A DNA stretch of 53,456 bases from an uncultured Gemmatimonadota bacterium (GTDB taxonomy: Bacteria > GCA-2686955). The notes under the pieces are model-generated. The model worked only from the letters and a program-made list of their open reading frames with translations, had not been told where the DNA came from and searched no databases. The position numbers and the translations under genes are program-made. Where the stretch lies: NCBI GenBank assembly GCA_964490075.1, contig CAZBBK010000037.1, positions 1 to 53,456 of the forward strand, read 5' to 3'. Below are positions 9,160-18,978 of the stretch, in pieces (the stretch's first letter is position 1; each line of letters opens with the position of its first letter).

Positions 9160-10549
9160 ATTAGAAGACGCATCCGGCACCGACATGGGCAGCGCGTCGC
9201 TGCGCACCCTCGATGAGCTGCGCGCGCTGGCCCGGAAGCAGCCCGATGACGAGTTGGACGCACGGCTGTCCGCGATCCGGCCGGACGGGACCGGGCTGCT
9301 GATCTTCACTTCGGGCACGACCGGTCAGCCCAAGGGCGCGGAATTGGAGCACGGCGGGATGACCTCGGCCATCGACTCGGTTCTCGCCCGCTATCCGGTG
9401 GCCGATCACCAGCTCCGAGTCGTCTCCTATCTCCCTCTCTGCCACGTGGCGGAGCAGCTGGTCACCAATTTCGGGGGCCTCACCACCGGTGGCGAAGTCT
9501 ACTTCTGTCCCGATTTGACGCAGATCAAGGACTACCTCGTCGCGGTGCGGCCGACCGTCTTTCTGGGTGTGCCGCGGGTCTGGGAGAAGTTCCAGGCGGC
9601 GCTCGAGGCGAAGCTTGCCGAGGCGACCGGGGTGCGAGCGAAGCTCGTTGCCTGGGCGTTGCGAACGGAGCTCGACAACCACCGGCGCGGGGTCGAGTCC
9701 GGACGGCCGGTGCGAACACTCTCCCATGCCCTGGCGAACGGACTGGTGCTCGCCAAGATCCGCGACAAGCTCGGGCTCGACCAGCTCGCCCTGGCGGTGA
9801 CCGGCGCGGCGCCGATCGCCGTGTCGACGCTGGACTTCTTCGCCTCGATCGGTGTCGTGGTCCACGAGGGGCTCGGCATGACCGAAACATGCGGCGTCGG
9901 AACCGCGAGCGACTATGGTCGCCCAAAGGCCGGATTCGTCGGCAGGCCCCTGGACGGGATCGAGATCCGCATCGCCGAAGATGGCGAGATCCAGCTCCGA
10001 GGCCGAAACCTGGTGAAGTCGTACTACCGTCTGCCAGAGAAGACCGCCGAGCTATACACCGACGACGGTTGGATGCGCACCGGGGATCTGGGTGAGCTCG
10101 ACGAGGTCGGAAACCTGAAGATCACCGGCCGCAAGAAGGACATCCTCATCACCGCCGGCGGAAAGAATGTCGCTCCCGCAGAGATGGAGGCGCATCTGAA
10201 GTCGATTCGCGGAATCGGTCAGGCCGTTGTGGTCGGCGATTGCAAACCCTACCTCTCGGCGTTGATCAGTCTGGACCCGGAGGCGATCCCCGAGCTCTGC
10301 GGCGGGCTCGGGATCCCCGAGGCTACGATCGAAGATCTGTATGCAAACGAAGTTTTGCGGGCTTACCTCGAGGGCGAGGTCGAAGCGCGATGCAACAAGA
10401 AAGTCGCGCGCTACCAGACAATCAAACGTCTCGAGGTGCTGCCGGCGGAGCTATCGGTCGAATCCGGTGAGCTGACTCCGACCTTGAAGCTGAGGCGGGC
10501 CCTGATCAACGAGAAATACCACCGGCGGATCGAGAGCTTATACGCCTGA
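9160..10549 (+). pseudogene. Long-chain fatty-acid--CoA ligase (FadD-like), apparently N-terminally truncated
   Basis: IFTSGTTGQPKG, YLPLCH, GLGMTET, TGDLG, GRKKDILITAGGKN, TPTLK motifs; only ~50 plausible residues precede the P-loop, far fewer than usual for this family. Confidence 0.7.
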
Positions 10550-10593
10550 CGCTCGCCCTTGCGCCGGCTCGCAACGTGGACCCTGATGTGGGC

Positions 10594-12936
10594 TCAGCGA
10601 ATCGTATCGGCGAGCGCGTTGGTCCAGGCCAGGGCCGCTTCGTCGAAGGCGTGCAGCCAGACCGACGTGCCTTCGGTTCCGGCCGGCACGGCGGCGGTGT
10701 AGGAAGCGAAGCCGGAGGCGTCGGCCGGGCCGATCGGCAGCTGGTGAATCGGTGGGGTGAGCAGCATGTCGCCGTAGCCGGGCACGAAGGTCGGCCCGCC
10801 GCCCGCCAGCGCGTAGGCGGCCGCCAGCGTGCCGAAGGGGGTGGCGCCGGAGATCTCCAGCCGAGCGTCTTCTCCGGCCAGGAGGTCGGTCAGAGTGAGC
10901 ACCGGTGGGTTGAGCTCGTGCGCGCCGCGATCGACGCCGTCCAGGGCTGGAACAGTTCCGCTCCACAGGTCGAGCTCGGCGTGGCCATCGAGAAGGAGGC
11001 CCGAGTCGACGGCTGGGGAGTCGGTCCGCAGCCGGTAGCCGGTGAGGGTCTCGTACCCCTCTCCGCCTTGTCCCGGAGCGATCAGGAGCGGGTCATCGGT
11101 GATCTTGTTCGGATCATCGGGCTCGCCCGGGGGATGGGCGCCGAAGAACAGATTCGAGTCGAAGAGAGTGCCCAGACTGGAGCCGAAATCGTAGCTCGAC
11201 CCCGATCCGGAATCACAGATGATGTTGTTGTAGTAGTGGGTATCCTGCGGCCAGCCGTTCCAGCTCTTGTGCCGGATCAGGATCACATCCTGCATCGAGG
11301 ACCCGTTCCAGATGGTGTTGTTGTAGATGGTGGTTCGCCGCGGCACTCCGGAAACTCGAATCGCCTCTCGAGCGTTGTCCTGGAGAATATTGTAGCGAAT
11401 CACCACGTCTTCGTTGAAGCCGGTGCCGCTGCCGTCCGCGACCGCTACCACGCCCGCTTTGTCGTTGTCGTGCAGCCAATTGTACTGAACGATCGTGCGC
11501 TTGCAGCGGTAGTCGGCGTCGAGCCCGCCGGCGTCCGGATCGTCTGGGTTGGTCAGAACCGTCCCCCAGGACTCGTTGTGCTGGAAGAGCGCATCGTCGC
11601 AGTTGAAGAAGAAGGCCGCGTTGCCGTTGCCCTTTTGGCTGCATTCCTGGAACAGGTTGTGCTCCACCACCGGCGCGGCGCTCACCCGCCAGATCAGGCC
11701 GTTCTGGCCGCTGCGCTCGATCACGTTGTCGCGGATGCGAACATTGGTGCTCGGAAACCACTCGCCCTGGTCCTCGCTGGTGCGGCTCTCCCAGCCGGAG
11801 TCGAGTGAGATCCCGGTGCGGTCCACGTCGTAGAGATAGCAGCCCTCGATCAGGATGTCGTCGAAGCGGGTGGGGGTCTGCGTGCCACCGGCGCGGAGAT
11901 AGATGCCGCCGTTGTGCTTGGTATCGAGGGTGCCGTCGACGTCGTGGATCACCAGGTCGACCAGGTGGATATGCTCGACGACTCCGTAGTTGTAGTTGTG
12001 CACATGAACGCCGCGCAGCCAGTCGCCGGTGTTGCCGGGGAGGGAGTTGGTGATCTCCAGGTGGTGTAGCTCCCAGCCGGCGACGTTCTCCAGCTTGACG
12101 GTTGCCGGCACGCCCTCGCCCCGCAGCAGGGGCAGCGGTCCGCTGTCGTAACGGTCCACCACGATCGGCTGGTCGGCGGAGCCGACGCCCTGCAGCTCCA
12201 ACGCGCCGGTCCATGCCGAGCCGCTTCGGAACAGAATGCTGTCGCCGGCTGCGAAACTGGTGGAGGAGACCTTGTTCAAGCTGCGCCACGGGGTCGTGGG
12301 GCTGGTGCCGGGGTTGTCGTCGTCGCCGCTGGCGGAGTCGACATAGTAGGTGGTGGCGGGGCTCGGGTCTCGAGCACCGCCGCCGCGGGCACCCGGGGGC
12401 GGGCCGGGGGAGAGCAGTGCATCCGCCATGTCGAGGAGCCGGGCGCGGTCGGCCCGCACCACGGCCTGCGCGACCCGCCGGTCGATCGTGGTGCGCCTCA
12501 ATCTCCGCTCGAGCGCGAATCGCCGCCACGCGGAGCGCCGCGCATGCAGGGTTTGCTCGGTGAATCGGCGCGGTCCCGGCAGGGGGCGGCCGCGCTCCAC
12601 CGCCAGGCCGCGGCGGCGGTTCTCCGCTTTGAGCGGGTCGTGGAGGCTGGATCGGGGGGGATCCGCCTCGAGGCCGAGCTCCCTCGCCATCCGTTCTTCA
12701 GCTGCCCGACGAGCGCACTCGGCCAGTGCCCGGTCCGCCAGTGCTGCCGCGGTATGGCCGCCGAGCTCCGGCGGATCGGCGCAGAACGCCCAGCGGTGCC
12801 GGAGCATGGCGCGAGCGATCTCGGAGCGGCTGATCGGCTCGCCCCCGACGCTGGCGATGCTCTCGCTCGGTGCCCCCTCCGAGGGGCTCGAGAGGAGCTG
12901 CAAGGCAACAAGGAGAGCGTTGGAAGGGAGCATCAT
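10594..12936 (-). CDS. Multidomain secreted beta-helix protein (polysaccharide-active-like core)
   Basis: TTYYVDSASGDDDNPGTS..PWRSL...GDSILFRSG beta-helix start, DAGGLDADY, SPAVDSG...DRGAHE; extra N-terminal helical region and C-terminal beta domain. Confidence 0.75.
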   Translation of the reverse strand: MMLPSNALLVALQLLSSPSEGAPSESIASVGGEPISRSEIARAMLRHRWAFCADPPELGGHTAAALADRALAECARRAAEERMARELGLEADPPRSSLHDPLKAENRRRGLAVERGRPLPGPRRFTEQTLHARRSAWRRFALERRLRRTTIDRRVAQAVVRADRARLLDMADALLSPGPPPGARGGGARDPSPATTYYVDSASGDDDNPGTSPTTPWRSLNKVSSTSFAAGDSILFRSGSAWTGALELQGVGSADQPIVVDRYDSGPLPLLRGEGVPATVKLENVAGWELHHLEITNSLPGNTGDWLRGVHVHNYNYGVVEHIHLVDLVIHDVDGTLDTKHNGGIYLRAGGTQTPTRFDDILIEGCYLYDVDRTGISLDSGWESRTSEDQGEWFPSTNVRIRDNVIERSGQNGLIWRVSAAPVVEHNLFQECSQKGNGNAAFFFNCDDALFQHNESWGTVLTNPDDPDAGGLDADYRCKRTIVQYNWLHDNDKAGVVAVADGSGTGFNEDVVIRYNILQDNAREAIRVSGVPRRTTIYNNTIWNGSSMQDVILIRHKSWNGWPQDTHYYNNIICDSGSGSSYDFGSSLGTLFDSNLFFGAHPPGEPDDPNKITDDPLLIAPGQGGEGYETLTGYRLRTDSPAVDSGLLLDGHAELDLWSGTVPALDGVDRGAHELNPPVLTLTDLLAGEDARLEISGATPFGTLAAAYALAGGGPTFVPGYGDMLLTPPIHQLPIGPADASGFASYTAAVPAGTEGTSVWLHAFDEAALAWTNALADTIR

Positions 12937-13061
12937 TGGGGCCTCGGTTCCAGTGTAACCCCCTGATGGACAGTCGATCCGGCCATCGAGTCGATTCCGG
13001 AGGCCGGATTGTTCAATAGCGATTGACTTGACGGATCGGGCCTGATATCAATTCCTGGTCA

Positions 13062-13088
13062 TTGATCCCGATCAATGATCCAGATCAA
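13062..13088 (+). promoter_or_regulatory. Two overlapping FNR-type boxes upstream of cox operon
   Basis: TTGAT-CCCG-ATCAA (13062-13075, perfect TTGAT-N4-ATCAA) and ATGAT-CCAG-ATCAA (13075-13088). Confidence 0.75.
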
Positions 13089-13139
13089 TCTCACGCTGGA
13101 CCAAGGCCCCTACTCGGGAGCAGCTTTCAGAGGAGCGAG

Positions 13140-13817
13140 ATGCTCGACTACCTGCCCCAGAACATCTCTACCTTCGGCGCCGACATCGACGGCGTGATCC
13201 GCTTCATCTGGAACATGACCCTGCTCTGGCTCGTGGCCTGCGAGCTCCTGCTGGTCACCTTCATCATCCTCTACCGCCGGCGCGCAATGGTGCGGGCCGC
13301 CTGGATGCCGGCGAAGACCTTGCGCGCGATGAGCTGGATCCTGGTGCCGGCCGCGGTGGTGACGGTCTGCGACCTGGCGATCGAGGCGCGCAGCGCGCCG
13401 GTCTGGGACGAGGTCAAGATCGAGCTTCCCGAGCACGATCTGCTGGTGCGGGTGACGGCGCGCCAGTTCGCCTGGAGCTTCACCTACGCCGGTGCCGACG
13501 GGCTCCTGGACACCGCCGACGACTACCAGACCGTCACCGCCCTGCACGTGCCCCGCGGCCGGGTGATCCGCTTCCAGCTCGAATCCCTCGACGTGCTCCA
13601 CTCGTTCTGGGTTCCGGCTCTGCGTCTGAAGCAGGACGCGGTTCCGGGGCGCAGCATCGCCGGGTGGTTCGAGCCCACCACCGAAGGGGACTACGAGATC
13701 GCCTGCGCCGAGCTCTGCGGCGCGTCCCACACCGCGATGCGGGGCATTCTTGCGGTGCACTCGCCTGAGCTTTTCGACCTGTGGTCCAGCACCATGGCCA
13801 CCCAGCAATCCTCGTAA
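13140..13817 (+). CDS. coxB: Cytochrome c oxidase subunit II
   Basis: CuA ligands DVLHSFW and CAELCGASHTAM; AGGAG RBS before ATG 13140. Confidence 0.95.
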   Translation: MLDYLPQNISTFGADIDGVIRFIWNMTLLWLVACELLLVTFIILYRRRAMVRAAWMPAKTLRAMSWILVPAAVVTVCDLAIEARSAPVWDEVKIELPEHDLLVRVTARQFAWSFTYAGADGLLDTADDYQTVTALHVPRGRVIRFQLESLDVLHSFWVPALRLKQDAVPGRSIAGWFEPTTEGDYEIACAELCGASHTAMRGILAVHSPELFDLWSSTMATQQSS

Positions 13818-13833
13818 CGAAGGCCGACCTACG

Positions 13834-15516
13834 ATGAGCCACGGCACACCCGAGTCCTTCCTGCGCAAGTACATCTTCAGCGTCGACCACAAGGTGATCG
13901 GCAAGCAGTACATGATCACCGGGTTGCTCATGGCGCTGATCGGCGGCTTTTTCGCCTTCGGCTTTCGAAGCCAGCTGGCCTGGCCGGGCGAGCCGGTGCT
14001 CGGTTTCGGAGTGTTGGCTCCCCACGCCTACAACTCGCTGGTCACCATGCACGGCACCATCATGGTGTTCTGGGTGGCGATGCCGATTCTGGTGGCGGGC
14101 TTCGGCAATATTCTGGTGCCCCTGATGGTCGGCGCGGAGGACATGGCCTTTCCGCGCTTGAACATGCTCTCGTATTGGGTGTTCTTCCTGAGCACCGTGG
14201 TGGTTATCGCGTCGCTGCTGGTTCCCGGTGGGGCCGCGGCCGGAGGCTGGACATCCTATCCGCCGCTCTCCGGTTCGGTCGAGGCATCCGGCGTCGACTG
14301 GGGTGTCAACCTGTGGATTCTGGCGGTGGCGTTGGAGTTCACGTCGTTCCTGATCGGCGGCGTCAATATCGTCACCACCGCTGTCAACCTGCGGGCGCCC
14401 GGCATGCGCATGTGGGATCTGCCGCTCTTCGTCTGGGACGAAGTGATCGCCAGCATCGTCTTCATGCTCTCGGTCGGTCCCCTGGTGGCCGGCGCCGCGA
14501 TGCTGCTGCTCGATCGCACCGCCGGCACGGGATTCTACGCTCCCGCGGCGGGCGGAGACCCTCTGCTCTTCCAGCACCTGTTCTGGTTTTTCGGCCACCC
14601 GGAAGTTTATGTGCTGCTGCTGCCGGCCTTCGGCATCATGTCGGAGGTGATTTGTGTCAACGCGCGCAAGACGATCTTCGGCTACCGGGCGATGCTCTGG
14701 TCGATGATCACCGCCGGCCTGCTCAGCTTCGTAGTCTGGGCCCACCACCAGTTCGTCAGCGGCATCGATCCTCGCCTGGCCTTCCCCTTCAGTGTGACAA
14801 CGATCCTGATCTCGGTGCCTTTCGCGGTGCACGTTTTCGGATTTCTGGCAACACTCTACAAGGCCTCGATCCGCTTCACGGTGGCGATGGCCTTCACGCT
14901 CGGGATGCTCTCGCTCTTTCTGATCGGCGGCGTGACCGGCATCCTCAACGGCTCGGCGGCGGCCGACATCTTCATTCACGATACTTACTTCGTGGTGGCG
15001 CATTTCCACTACACCCTGGTGCCGATCGTGCTGTTCGCATCGTTTTCCGGCATCTACCACTGGTATCCGAAGATCTTTGGTCGTTACCTGAGCGAGAAGC
15101 TGGGTTGGCTACACTTCGCCGGAACCTACCTGTTCTTCAACGTGACCTTCATTCCGCAGTTCTCGCTGGGGCTGATGGGCCACCACCGGCGCATTGCCAA
15201 CCCGCTGATCTACGACTTCCTGCACGAGGGCCAGGGGCTGCAGGTGATGTCGACGGTGGGGCTGATCGGCATGCTGATTTCCCAGATCCCCTTCGTCTAT
15301 AGCTTCTTCAACAGCATGGTGCGCGGTCCTCGCGCGGAGCGCAATCCGTGGCAGGCGACCACACTGGAATGGGCGACCGCCTCGCCGCCGCCGCACGGGA
15401 ACTTCGACGAGCCCCAGGCCTGCTACCGGGGTCCTTATGTCTACAGCCCTCCAGGAGACGGACCCGACTGGATCCCGCAGAATCAGCCTCATTCTGAGAT
15501 GCGAGCATCGATGTGA
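13834..15516 (+). CDS. coxA: Cytochrome c oxidase subunit I, A1 type
   Basis: DHKVIG, TMHG, WFFGHPEVY, VWAHH, VVAHFHY. Confidence 0.97.
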   Translation: MSHGTPESFLRKYIFSVDHKVIGKQYMITGLLMALIGGFFAFGFRSQLAWPGEPVLGFGVLAPHAYNSLVTMHGTIMVFWVAMPILVAGFGNILVPLMVGAEDMAFPRLNMLSYWVFFLSTVVVIASLLVPGGAAAGGWTSYPPLSGSVEASGVDWGVNLWILAVALEFTSFLIGGVNIVTTAVNLRAPGMRMWDLPLFVWDEVIASIVFMLSVGPLVAGAAMLLLDRTAGTGFYAPAAGGDPLLFQHLFWFFGHPEVYVLLLPAFGIMSEVICVNARKTIFGYRAMLWSMITAGLLSFVVWAHHQFVSGIDPRLAFPFSVTTILISVPFAVHVFGFLATLYKASIRFTVAMAFTLGMLSLFLIGGVTGILNGSAAADIFIHDTYFVVAHFHYTLVPIVLFASFSGIYHWYPKIFGRYLSEKLGWLHFAGTYLFFNVTFIPQFSLGLMGHHRRIANPLIYDFLHEGQGLQVMSTVGLIGMLISQIPFVYSFFNSMVRGPRAERNPWQATTLEWATASPPPHGNFDEPQACYRGPYVYSPPGDGPDWIPQNQPHSEMRASM

Positions 15517-16088
15517 GCCACGAGACGATCACCGCAGCGCCGATCTCGACCGAAGTGCCCCACGCGCGGATGGGAGTGTGGTGGTTCATCGCTTCCGAGA
15601 TCGCCCTCTTCGGCGGCCTGATCATGGTCTTCGTGTTGATGCGCCTGGCGCATCCCGAGTGGAGCGAGCAGGCGAGCCACACCGTCAATGCCGCCGGGAT
15701 CCTCAACACCATGGTGCTGCTCACCAGCAGCCTGACTGTGGTGCTGGCGAACCAGTCGGTGGCGCGCGGGCGCCTCGTCGACGCATCGCGTTTCCTCTTC
15801 TTGACGGTTGGACTCGGCTTGGTGTTCATGATCGTCAAGGGCTACGAGTACAGCCACGAGATCCACGAGGGCTTCACTCCGGTCGCCGGTCTCTTCTGGT
15901 CGTTCTACTACGTCATGACCGGTCTGCACGGCCTACACGTGCTCGGCGGGATGATCGCCATCTTCCTGATCGCGATCGGCGTGCGCAAGGGCCGTCACCC
16001 GGGGCGCGTCGAGGCGGTCGGCATCTATTGGCACCTGGTCGACATCATCTGGATCTTCCTCTTTCCACTGCTCTACCTGGCGGCGTAA
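15513..16088 (+). CDS. coxC: Cytochrome c oxidase subunit III
   Basis: WFIASE, NTxVLLTSS, TGLHGLHV, YWHLVDIIWIFLF. Confidence 0.93.
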   Translation: MSHETITAAPISTEVPHARMGVWWFIASEIALFGGLIMVFVLMRLAHPEWSEQASHTVNAAGILNTMVLLTSSLTVVLANQSVARGRLVDASRFLFLTVGLGLVFMIVKGYEYSHEIHEGFTPVAGLFWSFYYVMTGLHGLHVLGGMIAIFLIAIGVRKGRHPGRVEAVGIYWHLVDIIWIFLFPLLYLAA

Positions 16089-16093
16089 TCGCG

Positions 16094-16390
16094 ATGAGTG
16101 AAACCACCGAGCACCACACGAACTACATCCTGATCTATGGGATCCTGGTCGCGGCACTGTGGGTGTCGGTGGCCATCACCGAGCTCTCCGCGAGCGCGGC
16201 GGCGGTGGCGGCGGTGTTCGTGATCGCCGCGATCAAGGCCTACATGGTGCTGATCTACTTCATCCAGCTGCGCCTGGAGCCGCGTTTCATCCAGGTGCTG
16301 GTCGGCGGTGCGCTGCTCGCACTGGTTGTGCTTTTCGCCGGTTTCTACGCCGACATCGCCGGCGACTTCGGGCGGGAGGTGGCGCCGTGA
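16094..16390 (+). CDS. Cytochrome c oxidase subunit IV-like membrane protein
   Basis: Three hydrophobic segments, AAIKAYMVLIYFIQLRLE pattern, operon position. Confidence 0.8.
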   Translation: MSETTEHHTNYILIYGILVAALWVSVAITELSASAAAVAAVFVIAAIKAYMVLIYFIQLRLEPRFIQVLVGGALLALVVLFAGFYADIAGDFGREVAP

Positions 16391-16977
16391 ACCAGCGACT
16401 GGTCGCGCCGAGTGCTCCGGGCGGTACCATCGTGCCGACGCCGGTGCTGGGCACGGCGATCTTCCTGTTCTCGGAAGTGATGCTCTTCTGCGCCCTGATC
16501 AGCGCCTACGTGGTGCTGCGTGGCGACGCGGCGGTCTGGCCGCCGCTCGACCAGCCGCGTCTGCCGGTCGCGGCGACCGCGCTGAACACAGGAATTCTGT
16601 TGCTCAGTGGGTACTTCATGTGGCGCGGCGTGGGAGCGCTGGAGCGAGGCGGATCGGGAGCCCTGGTGCGTTGGCTGGGTCTGACCTTGGCGTGCGGAAC
16701 GGCGTTTGTGGCGATCCAAGGCCTGGAGTGGATTTCGCTGGTTCGCTACGGCCTCACCACCAGCTCCAGCATCTACGGCGCCATCTTCTACACCATCGTC
16801 GGCTGTCACGGTCTGCACGTGCTGGCCGCCATCGCTGTGCTGGCGGCGGTCCTGATCCGGGCGCTGCGTGGTCGCCATCACGCCGCCGATCAGGCGGGGC
16901 TCTCGGCGCTTGGTCTCTACTGGGCGTTCGTGGTCGCCATCTGGCCGCCCCTCTACGCACTGGTGTACCTGTGGTAG
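16387..16977 (+). CDS. Second heme-copper oxidase subunit III-family protein
   Basis: FLFSEVMLF, NTGILLLS, GCHGLHV, LYWAFV; GTGA overlap with the upstream stop. Confidence 0.85.
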   Translation: MNQRLVAPSAPGGTIVPTPVLGTAIFLFSEVMLFCALISAYVVLRGDAAVWPPLDQPRLPVAATALNTGILLLSGYFMWRGVGALERGGSGALVRWLGLTLACGTAFVAIQGLEWISLVRYGLTTSSSIYGAIFYTIVGCHGLHVLAAIAVLAAVLIRALRGRHHAADQAGLSALGLYWAFVVAIWPPLYALVYLW

Positions 16978-17252
16978 TGCGACTGCTTCCCGCCTCGTTG
17001 CTGCTCGGCCTGTGCGCGACCGGCGCGGCGGCTTGTCCCGCCTGTGCCGGATCGAATCCCGGCAACGCCGGAGCCTACCTGGTAGCAACAGCGTTACTGC
17101 TGCTGATGCCGGTGGTTCTGATCGCGGCGCTGGTCATCTGGCTGCTGCGCGCGAAGGGGGCGCGCAAGGCCGCCGCATGGGTCCACCACGCCGGCGCCGG
17201 AGACGCGTTGGCACTGCTCCTGATCTACTCGATGTCGCGAGGCCTACAATGA
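16977..17252 (+). CDS. Small membrane protein with CxxC (ACPACAG)
   Basis: Signal-like N-terminus, CPAC, TM helix; overlaps the neighbouring genes at both ends. Confidence 0.6.
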   Translation: MRLLPASLLLGLCATGAAACPACAGSNPGNAGAYLVATALLLLMPVVLIAALVIWLLRAKGARKAAAWVHHAGAGDALALLLIYSMSRGLQ

Positions 17253-18262
17253 AACGCGTCGCAAAGATCGCGTCGTTTGCCGTCGCCCTGGCCGGCTGTA
17301 GCTACGAAGCGCCCGAGCCCTTCGTCACCGCTCAGATCCTGGCCGGCGAGGAAGTTCCCGCCCAGACTCTGAACTCCGGGCGCGCCAGCTACCAGTTCTA
17401 TTGCGCCGCCTGCCACGGCAAGAAGGGCGACGGCCGTGGTGCGTCCGCGGCGGGACTGAGCACACCGCCGCGCGATTTCCGCACCGGCATGTTCAAGTTC
17501 GGTGGCGTGATCGACGGTCTGCCTCCCGACGAGGAGCTCGAGCGGCTCGTGCAGCACGGTCTGGACGGCACCGCCATGCTCGCCTGGCCGGTGCCCGATG
17601 CGGAGCTCCACGACATCATCGACTACATCAAGACCTTTTCGCCGGAGGGCGAAGGTTGGCGCGAAGACGATTTTGAGCTGGGAGAGCGAATCGTCCCTGG
17701 AGACGATCCCTGGCAGGGACAGGTGGAAGCGGGGATCGAGCGTGGCAACGCCCTCTACCACGGCGTCGCCATGTGCTATCAATGTCATCCAGCGTACGCC
17801 GAACGGCGGCGCATCAACGAGTATCGGATTTCGATGAATATGCAGCCTCTGGCCGGCTTTCGGGACGATCTGTGGGCCTCGGTACCGAAGGAAAGCGCCA
17901 CCTATTCGCGGCCGCGGCCGGGTGATCCCGAGTGTGACGAGAGCGCGGGCTGCGGTGAAGACGACGACCGCGTGTGTCGTTTCGGTCGCTGCGAAGAGAT
18001 GGGTCTCTTGATCCCGCCCGACTTTGCGCTCAACCCGATCAAGAACGCGCACTCGATCGACGACCTCTACAAGACCATCGCCGCGGGCATTCCGGGGACC
18101 GCCATGCCGGCCTGGACCTACGGGCTGAGCGAGGAGGATATCTGGGCGCTGGCGCACTTCGTGATGAGCGTCGAAGAGATGAGCGGCACGGCGGAGCTGC
18201 TGGCGCTGCGGGCTCGGCTGGAGGCCGATAGCGGGTCCCTGAGCGAGGAGCCGGCATCATGA
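17249..18262 (+). CDS. Diheme c-type cytochrome lipoprotein
   Basis: Lipobox LAGC, CAACH and CYQCH, GTAMLAW and GTAMPAW Met-ligand motifs. Confidence 0.88.
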   Translation: MKRVAKIASFAVALAGCSYEAPEPFVTAQILAGEEVPAQTLNSGRASYQFYCAACHGKKGDGRGASAAGLSTPPRDFRTGMFKFGGVIDGLPPDEELERLVQHGLDGTAMLAWPVPDAELHDIIDYIKTFSPEGEGWREDDFELGERIVPGDDPWQGQVEAGIERGNALYHGVAMCYQCHPAYAERRRINEYRISMNMQPLAGFRDDLWASVPKESATYSRPRPGDPECDESAGCGEDDDRVCRFGRCEEMGLLIPPDFALNPIKNAHSIDDLYKTIAAGIPGTAMPAWTYGLSEEDIWALAHFVMSVEEMSGTAELLALRARLEADSGSLSEEPAS

Positions 18263-18969
18263 GCACCCCGGCGAAGCGCGGCAGCGGTCACGACAGTTGC
18301 CACAGCTGTGCGCTCACGTCCCATCCCTTCATGGGCGCGCTCGGGACGTCGCAGCAGCAGCGACTCGATCGCGAGCGGGTGGGGCACGAGTACAAGCGCG
18401 GCGCGCGGCTCTTCCAGCAGGGCAGTCCAGCCTCGCACCTCTACTGCGTGCGCGACGCGGTGGTGAAGTTCACGCGACGCTCTCCAGTCGGGCGCGAGAT
18501 CACCGTCGGCATCGCCGGATCGGGACACCTGGTCGGACTGGGCGCGGTCTGCCGGCGCGGCGCGCATCTGACTTCCGCGACCGTGGTGCGCGGCGGGACC
18601 GTGTGCGCCATCGCGGCGCAGACCATCGCCGAGCTGCAGAGCGAGTGCGCGCTCTTCGCCCAGGCGCTGGAAGAGGCGCTGGCGGCTGAGCTGGGGCGGG
18701 CGGAGAACCGAATCGGACTCCTGTCTTGCCCGCGCCTGGAGCCCAAGCTGGCGGCGTTGCTGCTGGAGATGGAGAGCGAAGAGAGCCCGCGGGGACCGGT
18801 GCTGGCCGACTTCGCCCGGCGCGATCTCGCCGAGCTTTGCGGTGTGTCGACCGAGGCGCTGGTGCGCTGCCTGACGCGCTGGAAGAGCGAGGGCATCATC
18901 GACGCCGCGCCCGGTCCGCTCCAGATCACCGACCGGACCAAGCTGCAAGAGCTGAGCTTACAGCTCTAA
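18259..18969 (+). CDS. Crp/Fnr-family transcriptional regulator
   Basis: N-terminal CHSC, cNMP-binding-like LFQQG...LYCV...G, C-terminal HTH RRDLAELCGVSTEALVR. Confidence 0.88.
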   Translation: MSTPAKRGSGHDSCHSCALTSHPFMGALGTSQQQRLDRERVGHEYKRGARLFQQGSPASHLYCVRDAVVKFTRRSPVGREITVGIAGSGHLVGLGAVCRRGAHLTSATVVRGGTVCAIAAQTIAELQSECALFAQALEEALAAELGRAENRIGLLSCPRLEPKLAALLLEMESEESPRGPVLADFARRDLAELCGVSTEALVRCLTRWKSEGIIDAAPGPLQITDRTKLQELSLQL

Positions 18970-18978
18970 GGGAAAGGG

